Below are positions 9,327-20,709 of a stretch of DNA of 64,000 bases, piece after piece. The stretch comes from Phaeosaccion multiseriatum (lineage: Eukaryota > Protista > Ochrophyta, other classes), in contig OZ218950.1 of NCBI GenBank assembly GCA_965112735.1, positions 372,001 through 436,000 of the forward strand, in the 5' to 3' direction. The notes below the pieces were generated by a model. The model made no database searches. It was not told where the DNA came from and saw nothing but the letters and a program-made list of their open reading frames with translations. Position numbers and translations under genes: made by a program. Position 1 is the stretch's first letter; each line of letters opens with the position of its first letter.

Positions 9327-11610
9327 TGTATATTAGAGCTTATGGGCTCAGTATTGGAGCGCTCGAGGTAAGTTGTAACCATGTGTAGATGCGTGTATGT
9401 GTGGTATTGATGGAGCGTGAGGTGGAGGGGAAGAGGATGGTAAGGGTGGTAGAGTAGAGGATAATGGGGAATGGGAAGGGAGTGAAGGGGGAGGAGGAGA
9501 TGAAGGGGTGTGGGAAGGAGTGAGGTGGTGGAGGTGATATGTGAACTAGCCTACTGTGGGTGGTGCGGGTGACAAGGCGTGACTAACTGTGGTTGCTATG
9601 CTGTGTGCTGATGGTCTCGCTGTCTGCTGGCTGGTGTACTCCTGCTCCTCAGGCGGCCGCTCCGTCGATGGCTCCCATGAGCCCCCAGTCGAGGGTTTCT
9701 GCTGCTTCGTGCTGCGTCATGGTGGCTCGAAGGAGGGTGCCATACCTGATCTCCCGCTGTGAGAGGGCGCGTTGAAGGGCGAGGGACAGTTGTTGGCGCA
9801 GGAGGCCCTTGATGGGGCCCGTGGCTGCCGCCGCTGCGGGGCCGAGCCCTCTTGATGCCTTGTGGATGGCCATCGCCTCGATGAGCTCGTCCGTTTGGTG
9901 GCCCAGTCTGCCGTACGTCTCGATTGCAATGCACTTCAGGGTTGAAGTCCCGGGCAGAAAACTGCCCAGGTAGTGGGTGCGCTTGCGTTCTTCGGCGGCG
10001 GCTGCTGCGTGGCCTGGCGTGGTGGAGGCCCGTCCCACGTGAGTGGGGGCGGTGGGGTTGGTGACGGTGATGTCGCAGAGGAGGTTTCTCCGCAGGGGTG
10101 CGTCCGCTCCCGGGAAGCTACCTGCGGGATAGGTCAGGTCCATGCGTAGGTCTCGGCCTGCTCGGGTGCCCGTGGGGCCGTCGAAGCAGGTCTGGTCCTC
10201 TACACGTGCTCCTCCAATGCCCACGCTGTGCATCATCCTCCCGAAGGCCTTGACGAGGAGGTGGTGTGTGTGGTTGTGGAGGCCGGTGCGGGGGCAGATG
10301 GTGGCGTGGGTAGTGCTTGCCGTGCGGGCGCAGCCTGTGCCAAGGCAGGGTGGGGGCGGGTCCGCGTATGGCGTGTTGACACCGAGGTTGCGACGAAGGG
10401 CCATGGTCCATTCTGCGGGGGCCATGGTGTTGTGGCCGTGGGGGAGCGCTCCGAGGAAGGCCATGGCGCCCCTTCCTCGCTGTGAGTGGAGTCGGGCTGT
10501 TGCCATTTCCTGTGTCTCCTCTCCCCTCTGTGCCTCTGCCGGTGTGACGTCGATGGTGGCGATGCTCTGCGTCAGCTCCTCATGGCGGCGTTTGTGGATG
10601 AAGGTGGTGAGGGCCTTCTGGACGCCGTGGGTCGGTTGACGGCCTGCCTGATGGCTCCTGCGCACGTTGCGTCGCGCTGTGTCCTGGGCTTGGTGGTCAG
10701 GCGGCTCGAGTACGCGTGAGCGGGCCTCGTCGAACTGTGCCTGACCCACTGCTTGGATGAGGGGGGCCTCAGGGACCCCCTCCTCGTGCAGGAGGTTGAC
10801 GCTGTCGGCGACGCTCTTGAGGGCTCCGTTGGTGAACAGCTGGTCCGGTAGGGCGCTCTCTTGGGAGCCTTCCCGGCGTGCGGTGCGGCTGAGCAGGGGG
10901 GGGAGGGTGAGCATCTTGTTGCCAAGGTATGCTGCTGGGGCGATGTCGTGGAGGCTGGTGAGGCCGAGGCCGCCGAAGCGCCGTGCCGTATGCATTTGTA
11001 GGCGCTGTGTCTCCGTCCATGGCTCCTCTTGTGCATCTGCGGCCTGCTCCAGAGGGGGGGCATCGGGGAGTCGCATGATGTGGGCCATTGTCGCTCTGTT
11101 GGTGCGGTCTGCCCTGCTGCCGAGGGCGCGTCGGAAGATGGAGGGGTCAATGGCTCTCGCCAGGTGTGTGAGCCTGGCTGGGAGGCATTGGAGGAGGACG
11201 AGGGTGGCCGCCTGGGTGTTGTCCCACTCGCTGCAGTGTTTGGCGAGTTGGAGGTAGCCCCTGGGGTCTTCTTGGCCGAGGATGTTGCGGAGGTACTCTT
11301 CGATGTACTCCTCCGTGCCGACGGGGATGCCGGCTACCACGGTACCCTCGGTGGCAAGTGTGGCGCCCTGCCGTTGGGCGTGGTCCCTGTCAGCCTGTGT
11401 TGGCTGCTTGCCTTTGCCCATGAGGTAAACCGTTTTCCTCTCGTTGAACTCGAGGCCCAAGCCTCGGAATTGGGCTTGGAGATGGGCATGGCGTGGGGCG
11501 TAGGTCTGTAGGGGTGCGTCGGGTTCCAGCTGGTCCATGAGGTCGTCTGCGTAGGCGGAGATGGTGGGGCGGTTCGCTGCGGTGTCGGCTGTGTTCTGAA
11601 CTTTCAGCAC
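9327..11610 (-). mobile_element. 5'-truncated non-LTR retrotransposon with restriction-like endonuclease (CRE-like)
   Basis: TSD TGCGAGA at 9320-9326 and 11611-11617. Encodes the RT C-terminal half, a zinc knuckle and an RLE domain. The ~320-bp 3' UTR is C-rich on the sense strand and has no poly(A). Confidence 0.9.
9649..11610 (-). CDS. Partial RT-zinc knuckle-RLE ORF of the retrotransposon
   Basis: ISAYADDL (RT catalytic motif), ARRFGGLGL, CLGTGC...HATIC (CCHC), RMDL..CDITVTNP..AEERKRTHY..IAIETYGRLG (PD-(D/E)xK RLE). Uninterrupted frame to the stop at 9649. Confidence 0.9.
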   Translation of the reverse strand: MLKVQNTADTAANRPTISAYADDLMDQLEPDAPLQTYAPRHAHLQAQFRGLGLEFNERKTVYLMGKGKQPTQADRDHAQRQGATLATEGTVVAGIPVGTEEYIEEYLRNILGQEDPRGYLQLAKHCSEWDNTQAATLVLLQCLPARLTHLARAIDPSIFRRALGSRADRTNRATMAHIMRLPDAPPLEQAADAQEEPWTETQRLQMHTARRFGGLGLTSLHDIAPAAYLGNKMLTLPPLLSRTARREGSQESALPDQLFTNGALKSVADSVNLLHEEGVPEAPLIQAVGQAQFDEARSRVLEPPDHQAQDTARRNVRRSHQAGRQPTHGVQKALTTFIHKRRHEELTQSIATIDVTPAEAQRGEETQEMATARLHSQRGRGAMAFLGALPHGHNTMAPAEWTMALRRNLGVNTPYADPPPPCLGTGCARTASTTHATICPRTGLHNHTHHLLVKAFGRMMHSVGIGGARVEDQTCFDGPTGTRAGRDLRMDLTYPAGSFPGADAPLRRNLLCDITVTNPTAPTHVGRASTTPGHAAAAAEERKRTHYLGSFLPGTSTLKCIAIETYGRLGHQTDELIEAMAIHKASRGLGPAAAAATGPIKGLLRQQLSLALQRALSQREIRYGTLLRATMTQHEAAETLDWGLMGAIDGAAA

Positions 11611-13474
11611 TGCGAGAAGCAGCGGGTCCAAGGAGGACTTTGCATTGGGCACGGAGCTGTGCTGAAGAAGTGTACTGTGGAGGGGTGCGACAAGCAGCGG
11701 GTCCAAGGAGGACTTTGCGTTGGGCATGGGGCTGTGCTGAAGAGGTGTACTGTTGAGGGGTGCGAGAAGCAGCGGGTCCAAGGAGGACTTTGCGTTGGGC
11801 ATGGAGCTGTGCTGAAGAGGTGTACTGTTGAGGGGTGCGACAAGCACCAGATCCAAGGAGGGCTTTGCAAGGGCCATGGAGCTGTGGTGAAGGTGTGTAC
11901 TGTTGAGGGGTGCGACAAGCAGCGGGTCCAAGGAGGACTGCCAGAGCCATGGAGCTGTGAGGAAGAGGTGTACTGTTGAGGGGTGTGATAAGTATCCGAA
12001 GCAAGATGGGATGTGCCTGAGGCATGCACGAGTGAAGAGGGAGGGAGCGGAAGAGAAGGAGGAGATTGCCCGTTGTATGCCTGTGCCCAAGCGAGGAGCT
12101 GCGGAGGACATCAATGGGAGAGGAAGCAAGAGGGCGAAATGCGCCCCTTCAATGCCTGGGGGAGAGGAGGAGAGGAAGGAGGCACTGGAGGATGGGAATG
12201 GGGTGGGTTTGCTTGTGGGGCTGGGGCTTCATGTCGGGGACGAGATTCAGCTGCCCTGTGGCCTGTGGAGAGGGCTGGAAGATGGCTGGGCTGATGCTGC
12301 CACGGCCTTCTGCGGCCGTCGGGACAGGGAGCTTTCGAATGGCGTGGTGGTGGCTGTGGAGCGGAGTAAAGTGTTGCTGCTGCCCCACCTCGCTGTGCGC
12401 ACAAAGAGGAAGGGGGCGAGCCTGGAGAGCACGATCCGAGGCTTTGTGTCTGCCTACCACCGCTGTCGCTCAGGAGGAGCAGGGGAGGATGATGATGACG
12501 ACAAGCTGAAGGAGGAGTGGGCGGTGCTGGAGGAAAGCATGGTGACGGCGAGTGAGAAGAAGAGGCGCGGGCGGAAGGCGCTGCGAGCGTGCGTGCGTGT
12601 GGAGGGCCCTGCTGCTGATACCTCGGGGCTTGGGATTTAGTGACCCGATGGCCTTCCGTCCGCCGCATCGCCTTCGCCGTGGTGAAGCTTGAAGCGTGGT
12701 TCGTGGAACGGGTGAAAAAAAAGTAGAGTGAGTAAGGCCTCTGCCGAAGAGCAACCATCGGCTATCGCAGTGCATCGCCTTTCAGGGCAGGGCAGCAGCC
12801 CAAGCACCGAGAGAGAGAGAGACACACATCGATGTCGACATTCACCTTCTGACAGACATGTCGAGGGTGCCGAGAGACTTGTCGGCATGTGGGCCCCTCT
12901 GGGACACTGTGGGCTGCTCCTGGGGCTGCTGTATCACCATTTGCTGCTGTTTCTGTGGCTGGGGCTGCTGTATCACCAACTGCTGCTGTTTCCGTGGCTG
13001 GGGCTGCTGCCCAGTGTCACGTCGTTCTGTGAACGCTTTTGCGATGCATTCATTGCGGTGCAGTGTGCGGCTGTGGAGGGACAATTGGGGTTTCTCCTTA
13101 CTGATTTAGAGTAATGTGCTGGAAAACGTAACTGACACTTGGAGAAGACCCTCAAGTCTACGATTTCCCCCTCTGGTTCCGTCAGTGCTGTAAACAAAAG
13201 GCTTGCTACTCACCCCCTCGCATACGTCCTTCCTCTCCTCTCCTCTCCTCTCCCCCCCTCTATCTACTGTCACTACACAGCCGCTCACTTCTGTAGTGCC
13301 CGAGAAGGCGCTTCCTTCACCTTCTCTCCTGCCTGCTCTCTCCCCTCCTAATTGCAGTGTCCCTCCCTCACGACGCCTGTCCCCTGTCCCCTATCCGTCG
13401 GTCTGTCGGTCTGTCTGTCGGGCGGTCCCCTTCCGCCGCTGCCTTGTGGGCGAGCCCACAAGTAAAGCAAACAT

Positions 13475-13509
<35 letters not shown>

Positions 13510-13773
13510 TCCATACATACACCATTGTTCACCTCACGTGCTGCTCTCGAATGAGACACGCAAGGCAAAGCAAGAGGGGCCATCGACTACCTTCTGTGGC
13601 CCCTCCTCTCGACACGTACCCATACACGCACGCACCCACGCCCCCACGCACCCACACACGCGAACAGTACCGTCGGTTACCATTCACTTGACTTGATCAA
13701 CCTTCGCCCAACCATTCACTCCCTCCCTCCCTCACTCTCTGACTCACTCACTCACTCGCCCATCCTTGGCTTC

Positions 13774-16700
13774 TCAGCAGACAGAGCTTGAGCGAAGCAA
13801 GTGACAAATCTTCATAAAGTCCTTGTCGTCTGTGGAGAGAGAGGAAGTAAGGGAGGGAGGGAGGGAGGGAGGGAGGGAGGGAGGGAGGGAGGGAGGGAGG
13901 GAGGGAGGACAGGAGAAGGCACGCGGCCCAGCCACCTTAGTAAGTAAGCCTGAGTCGTTGACTTGGTTCCGTTGATTTAGCAGCTCGTTTACAGCCTGTT
14001 CGTTGACTTGGTTTCCTTTGCTTACCCGGGTCGAGGTACCCGTGGCGGACGGCAAAGTCGATAACCACGAGGGCGGAGTTTGGCTTCCAATCAGGGAGGG
14101 AGTGCGTGAGGGAGTCAAGCACGTGTTCGAAGGACAACAGAGAGAAACCGTCCACTTCGCCGTCGCCGTTGAAGGGTACGAACTGAAGGGGGTGGTGGTG
14201 GTGGGGGGTGATTCGTTGGTTGATTGATTGGTCGATTGATTGATTGATTGCAGGGAGGAGGGGGAGAGTAAGAGGCAGTTGTGATATGAAGGGCAGTACG
14301 ATTGTCAATCAAGAGGTCGATACTGATATCGATATCACAAGTATCGTACCCTTCGATTCTTCAATCCACGGTAACGCGTCACCGCATCGGCTGCCATCAG
14401 TCTTCCTGCCCGCGCCATCCACAGCCGTCATGAGGCTAGTTTTTCAATTTTTGACACCAGGTACCTACTTTCTCAAATCCAGCAGGCAGGCCCTCTTTCA
14501 ACCGCTGTACCACCAACCGCCTCACCTCTGGGTCCAGCTTGAGGTCGTAAGTCATGAGAATCTTGGTGCTGAGGCCCTTGCGAGTGGCATAACGGTAGGA
14601 CACCAATCCTGCCATGCAGAGAGGCGATGGGTATTGGGTATACTGGTATTGGGTATACAGGTATTGGGTATACAGGTATTGGGATATAGGTATTGGGTAT
14701 ACAGGAGGTGTCGAGAGAGGGAGTGGAGAGGAAGAGTGGAGGTTCCGTTTGTTTCCGAGTCAGGTGGGTTTCCCAGCCTGCCCCCTCCCCTCCCCATCCA
14801 GTGCCATCCCCTACCATCCATTGCCATCCATTGCCATCCCCCTCCATCCATTGCCATCCATTGTCATCCCCACAGACCTGTGGGTACGATGTTCTTGACG
14901 ACCTCCCACGGCACGGAGGCCTCCTCCTCGCACTCCTTGCGAACGTTCTCCATCAGGGTGATGCCCGAGGGCTGTCCACCGGCCACCTTAGAGGAGGGGA
15001 AGGGCAGCAACCGTCGTGTTAAGTCTAGAATAGAGACCCTCTTAGTATAATAGACCTTGATTCTTGTCTTCTCCTGAACCGTACTACAACGAAGTAGTAA
15101 AGAGGGGTTCTGGAAAGAGGCGGCCTGTGTGCCGGACATCTCAAAGGAGAGTCAAACGCAACACACTTTTTGTATTGTGACTGACATGATCAGCGCTAAG
15201 GTGGGGTTGGATGGCATTGGATGGGGAGGGAGGGAGCTGGATGGGGAAGGGCGGGGGGCACAGGGTTGGCCTTCCTTCTTTCCTTCCTTCCCTGCCTTCC
15301 TTCTTCCCATGTGCCCCCCTATGTGCCTCTACAGTGCCTCTACAGTGCCTTCCTTACCATTTGGTCGAGCTTGCCTCCGTAGCTGGGCTTGCTCAGAGAC
15401 CTCGTGGCGATCCACATCTTCTTCTTCAGAGTCACGGGGTCCTCCACGTACGCGTTGATGTGCACGCCGTAACTGTGAGTCAGCAGTTGGTGGTATAGCA
15501 GCAGAGGAAAGGCTGTGAAGATCAAAAAAGCAAAGCTCACGCTTCTGTCTCTCTCTCTCTCTGACTCGCTGACTTGCTGACGCTCTCTGACACTTTGCCT
15601 CTCTGCCTCTCGTCTCTCTCTTACTCTCATATCTCTCTCTGGCTCTCTGTCTCTCTCTCTGTGTTTGTGTGTGTCCCTCTCGTTCGCTCTCTCTCTCTCT
15701 GACTCTCTCTCTCATGTCTCTCTCTCTCTCTGACTCTCTCTCTCATGCCTCTCTCTCTCTCTGACTCTCGTCTCTGTCGCTCTGTCTCTCTGCCTGTCTC
15801 TCTGTCTCTCTCTGTGCATCACATCACATCCACCCACCTGGGGATGCCGAAGTAGATCATGGCCGCTCTCTCCAAGCGCACCTTAGAAGGGAGGGAGGGA
15901 GGGAGGAAGGGAGGGAGGGAGGGAGGGAGGGAGGGAGGGAAGGAGGTAGGTAGGTAGGTAGGGAGGGAGGGAGAGGGAGAGGAAGAGGGAGGGGGAGGGG
16001 GGAGTCCAGAGCTCAGATCAGATCGATCTATCCACGACTACCCACGACCCAACATCCATCCAGAATATCGACCCCAACATCCATCCAGAATATCGACCCC
16101 GAGGACCCGAGGATGCGCCTCATATGCTTCTGTGCCAGCCTGTGGCCCTCTTCGCGGGAAACCCAAGCAGATGGCAAAGGTCCCCTTACTTACGTACTTA
16201 GCCTCAAACGCAGCCTCTCCTATCCTCCTCCTCCTCCCCTCCCCTCCCTCCTTCCCTCACCCCCCCTCCAGTTAGTCAGTCAGTCAGTCAGTCCCCTCCC
16301 TTCCCTCTCCTCCCTCACCAGCGGCTCCTCATCAGTCAGTCAGTCCCCTCCCTTCCCTCCCTTCCCTCCCCTCCCTCACCAGCGGCTCCTCATCTCCCAC
16401 ACTGACGGTCCCCACGGCATGAACGTCTTGAAGCTCCTTCCTAATACTGCTGCGTGGAATGGCCCCTGCCTCCACAAGAGACTGGACGAGGCCGCCCAGC
16501 ACCCTCGTGCGCTTAGCCACCGAGTCGGCTGCTTGGCGGATTTGGGGGGGGGGAGGGGGGACCCAACAAGGGCAAGACGAGGGAGGGGAGTGGGGGGGGG
16601 GTGAGTTTCATTCATCAGGACGCACACACACACAAAAGCCCACCCACACATCTCCCCCGCCCCACACGCACACACATACACGCACACACGCACATACACG

Positions 16701-17244
16701 CACACACACACACGCACACGCACACACACGCACACACACACACGCACGCACACACACGCACACACACGCACACACACACAAGCACACACAAGCACACACA
16801 AGCGCACGTACCGTAGGGAGCGAGCTGCACAGCCTGGGAGCCCTCAACGCCCCCCTCATCGGGAACGATCTCGACGGCACTGCCCACGTAAGGCCGAAGT
16901 TCGTTACAGAATTTCTTGCCCACAAAGCCCACCTGGGGGACGGTGGAGGGGAGTGTGTGGGAGGCGAAGGAGTGGATACGAAGGAGAGTGACACACATGT
17001 ATGACGCAATACAACAGACGGAAATACACACGCACACACACCCTCTTACCTGAAGGTCGTCAATGAAGACGCGAAGGTAATTGCGTATGTCGTGCTCGTT
17101 GCAGCGCTGCACTGCGGCGAGGAGAGGGCCCGGCTTGTTTGACTCCAGCTGCTGCTCTGCGGCCTTCTTGCGCGGGTCCAGAGTGGAGGGGGGCAATATC
17201 AATGCTGGTGTCGATCCTTTCGATTTCGATGTCGAAGTGCCAGG

Positions 17245-17277
<33 letters not shown>

Positions 17278-20200
17278 AGTGTCTGTTTGGTCTCGTTGGG
17301 TTTGGAAGTGGTCAGCAGGGAGGAGGGACGCGTCTTGGAGAGCGAGGGAGGGCTGAAGGGGTTCGATTTCCTCAATATCACTGGAGGGGGGGGGGGGGGG
17401 GGGTGAGACGAGGAGGGGGACGGGGGAGAGGGGTGAGGTGAGGGGACACCGAGTACGTTGTGCGAGGAGAGAGAGAGGGAGAGAAAGAGACGAGAGGAGA
17501 GAGAGAGAGGGAGTGAAAGAGACGAGAGTGATAAACTTGACGTGGGAGGTACCGCAGAAGGAAGGCAAACTACCCCCATCGCATTCGATAGTCCAACAGA
17601 GGCCCCAAGCAAAGCACGTCCAATTAACGCCTCATCTCTCTATAGTCGCGCCCCTCGCTCACTCACTCACTTACTTCCTCACTCCCTCCCTCACTCACTC
17701 ACGTATTCACTTATTCCCTCACCATTCACTGTCTCACTCCCTCACTCAATCACTCATGCACTCACCCACTCACTCACTCACTCCCTCACTCACTTACACA
17801 CTCACTCACCCCATGCGTGCATCGATGAGCTCCCTTGAAGCAGCAACGGCCTCAGGTCCCATCCTTTCAGCTTTCTCTTGAGAGACCTACCAGATATCCA
17901 CGGTAGCGTTAGTAAGAACAAGCCAACAAAATCAGGAAAGAAGAAAAAGGATGAAGATGAAGCAACACAAGCGAGACAGGAAAACAGGCGATCTCCAGGA
18001 AGCAAAAATAGGGAAGAGAATGCCGAGCAGACATCGTCCCCCTTGAAGATCAGACGAGAAACAGCATGTTCACTTACACCCGCCACTGTACACACTCATA
18101 GATTGCCATCCATCCATCCCTCCCTCCCTCTATCTACACCCATCGATTGCCATCCACCCAGCCCTCTCTACACCCATAGATGGTTATCCATAGATTGCCA
18201 TCCACCCCCGGTACCCACCCGGTCCAGCAGGGCCATGGCCTCCTCAAAGGCATGAATATCACTTCTTCCCGTGTCCACAACGACCGACGGAATTGGAACA
18301 CTGTTGCCCCCCCCTGGGACGTTGTTGAAGCAGGCCATGAGTGCATCTCTACTGTCTGCGTACTGTAAGAGCCGCTTAGTGAGCACCTCCTTTTTTTAAG
18401 GACACAGTAAGGAGGCAATAGGGAGACAGTTACGAAGTCAGACACAGGGAGAGGGGTCGCAGCAGAGGGATGCATCAGGCAGCAGAGGGATGCAGGGCAG
18501 CAGAGCAGAGCAGAGCAGAGCCACCAAAACAAACAAGCCAAATGACTAACCAACCAACCAAAAACCAACCAACCAACCCACTAACAAACCAACCAACCAA
18601 CCAACCAACCAACCAACCACCCAATTAACCACTCACTTCACCCCCCCACTGACATCCACCCATTGACAAACTCCACCCATTGATATACTACCCACCCACC
18701 TACCCACCTCAGTGTCGTCAAGCCTCCACACGAGCCTGGCCTGCACCTCAGGAGGAGGCGGGTTGAACTTAGGGTGATAGATCACGCCAGTCGCGGAGTC
18801 CGTCATACGACCCAGGCACATCTCGCGCACGAGGTCGTCGCTCCGCTGAAGGGGCAGGGGTAGGAGGGTGGAGGGGAGGAGTGTGAGTAGCAGTGTGTGA
18901 GTGTGAGTTGCAGTTTTGAGTGGCAGTGTTTGAATGTGAGTGTTGAGTTGTTGGGTTGTCAGTTTGCGTGTCAGTATGAGTGCGAGTGCGAGGGTCAGGG
19001 TCACGTGCTCTCCCCTCCCTCTCCCCCCCTCCTCTCCCCCATCCTCCCCTCCCCTCCTCCCCCTCCCCTCCCTTCCCCTCCCCTTCCGTTTGCTCCCCTC
19101 CATCCACTGCCAATCCCCACCCCCCCTCACCTCGAGCACAATAATGGCATCGGGCAGCAGATCCTCGTTCAAAAGCATCTTGGCCTGCTTGGGGGTCCGG
19201 GGGAACCCATCCAGCACCTAGGGGGGAGGGAGGGGGACACGAACCAGGTTTGGGTGCCTGTGTATCTGTCTGTCTACAGACTGCTTGTCTCTGCGTGTGT
19301 GTGACTGTCTGCCTGTGCACATAAGCCGCTGTCTGTCCATCTATCTGCCCATATGCCTCTATCTGCCCATAAGACTCACCCATCCGTTGGCTCTGGAGTC
19401 CACGGCATTAAGTCTCCCCCGCACCATGCTCCTCATAAGCTCGGAAGGCAGCATTTGCCTTGGGGGTTGGTGATACACAGGTGGTACACAGAGAGCAACG
19501 CGGGGCAGGGATGGCCGTGGAGGGGCATAAAGGCTAGGCGTGTAAGTGTCAAGCCAAGGATAGTATCGAGATGTGCACACATACAGAGAGAGACAGGGAG
19601 GGAGAGAGAGGGGGGGGGGACCCTCACTCACCCCTCTTGCATCTGCTCCTGCGCGATCTTGCCCAGCGTGGTCTGTGCCTTGACCTCTGCCCGCAGGAGG
19701 TTGCCTGTGCACACATACACCCCTCGGAGGGCTCTGGCGATCATGGGAGCCAGCGTGCCTGAGGGGGAGGTGGATCCGGTTGGAAATGGATTGCAGTAGA
19801 CGGGGTGGATTGGGTAGGATGGGGGCCCGAGGGATGCACCACCCCAGAGCAGCAATCGTAGTAGTAGCAGAGCAGTAGCAGCAGCAGAGCAACAGCGAAT
19901 GACGTCAGCAGGATCGTCACATGGCTGCAGCAAGGCAGCAGCAGGAAGCGGCAGCTGCGGCAGCTGTGTGTTTCATTCCTCATCCCTTTTCCCCTTTTGA
20001 TTGGCACTTTGTGATTGGCACCGTATTCATGTTCTCCTGGCTACTGCTGCAGCCGCCTTGGATTTGTATCACACTCCTCATATCCTGAATGCTGCTTCTG
20101 CTGCTGCTCCTCCTTCTCCTCCCTTAATTTGTATCCTTGCCTTCTCTTTTCCTCCCCCCGACTAACCTTTGCCCGAGCATGGCTTCCCCAAAACCAGGAC

Positions 20201-20589
20201 CTTGAGGGGAGGGCCTTCGTAGGCCTGTGGATATTATTACAACGACGTGACATGGAAGGCGAGGGCATAAAAGCAAGAACGATAACATCACTGTTTTGTT
20301 CCCTTCAACTCACCCTTCCCCTGGCCTCCGTCAAGGCCCTTCTCGTTGCCACATCGCTGTACTGGAAGTTGTAGTCGCTTTCAGTTGGTGTGAATGACGT
20401 TTCCCAGTCTCTGTAGGGAGCATGGGCGGCTCCTCTCTCTACTTGAAGTCTCGACTTCCCTCCTACTCTTAAGGAAGGAGTACCGCGCCCAGCCGCAAGT
20501 AACGAGGATGGGAGAACGAAGCCTGCCACTAGACCCTCGCCGTGGGGGTCCAGCAGTAGGAGAGATAGCAGACAACACCTGAGCGTCAT
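13774..20589 (-). CDS. Spliced adenylate kinase-Nudix hydrolase (Tnr3/NUDT20-like) fusion, probably plastid-targeted
   Basis: Exon 1 (20314-20589) has a signal peptide and VAG|FVLP. P-loop GKPCSGK-GT is split over exons 20167-20224 and ~19630-19758. LDGFPRT at ~19200; LID region [17 protein letters not shown]. Phase-2 link from exon 17810-17886 to exon 17050-17380. Nudix box [23 protein letters not shown] at ~14920-14985; DGEV; [12 protein letters not shown]. Stop at 13774. Confidence 0.8.
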
Positions 20590-20709
20590 GCAAAAAGCCG
20601 AGAGAGATGAAGAAAGATGATCGGGTGGGGGGCCGGTTTCTGTGAATGCGATAACAACACGCCTACAAAGGAAATTTTTTATTTTTTTGAACGCGCGGAT
20701 CGGATCCTT

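Larger units (their letters stand above)
8918..12640 (+). pseudogene. Zinc-finger-array gene copy 2 (11 repeats), disrupted
   Basis: Repeat 6 is split by the retrotransposon at 9327-11610. There is also a 2-bp deletion frameshift at ~11939 (GGACTGCCAG versus consensus GGACTTTGCCAG). Confidence 0.85.
4811..12655 (+). repeat. Zinc-finger-array repeat unit, copy 2 (interrupted by a fold-back element and a retrotransposon)
   Basis: 4811-5328 matches the reverse complement of ~63505-64000. 8557 onward matches copy 1. Similarity stops 15 bp after the stop codon. Confidence 0.9.

Noticed and set aside
9649-12129. 826-aa ORF as a natural fusion of RT with a repeat domain
   Set aside because: The first ~173 aa are the antisense reading of the finger repeats beyond the TSD at 11611. 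The frame is open by chance because that antisense frame lacks stops in every copy.
19741-19800. Apparent degenerate P-loop GSTSPSGT in the adenylate kinase
   Set aside because: This is intron read-through. The real GKPCSGK lies in exon 20167-20224.
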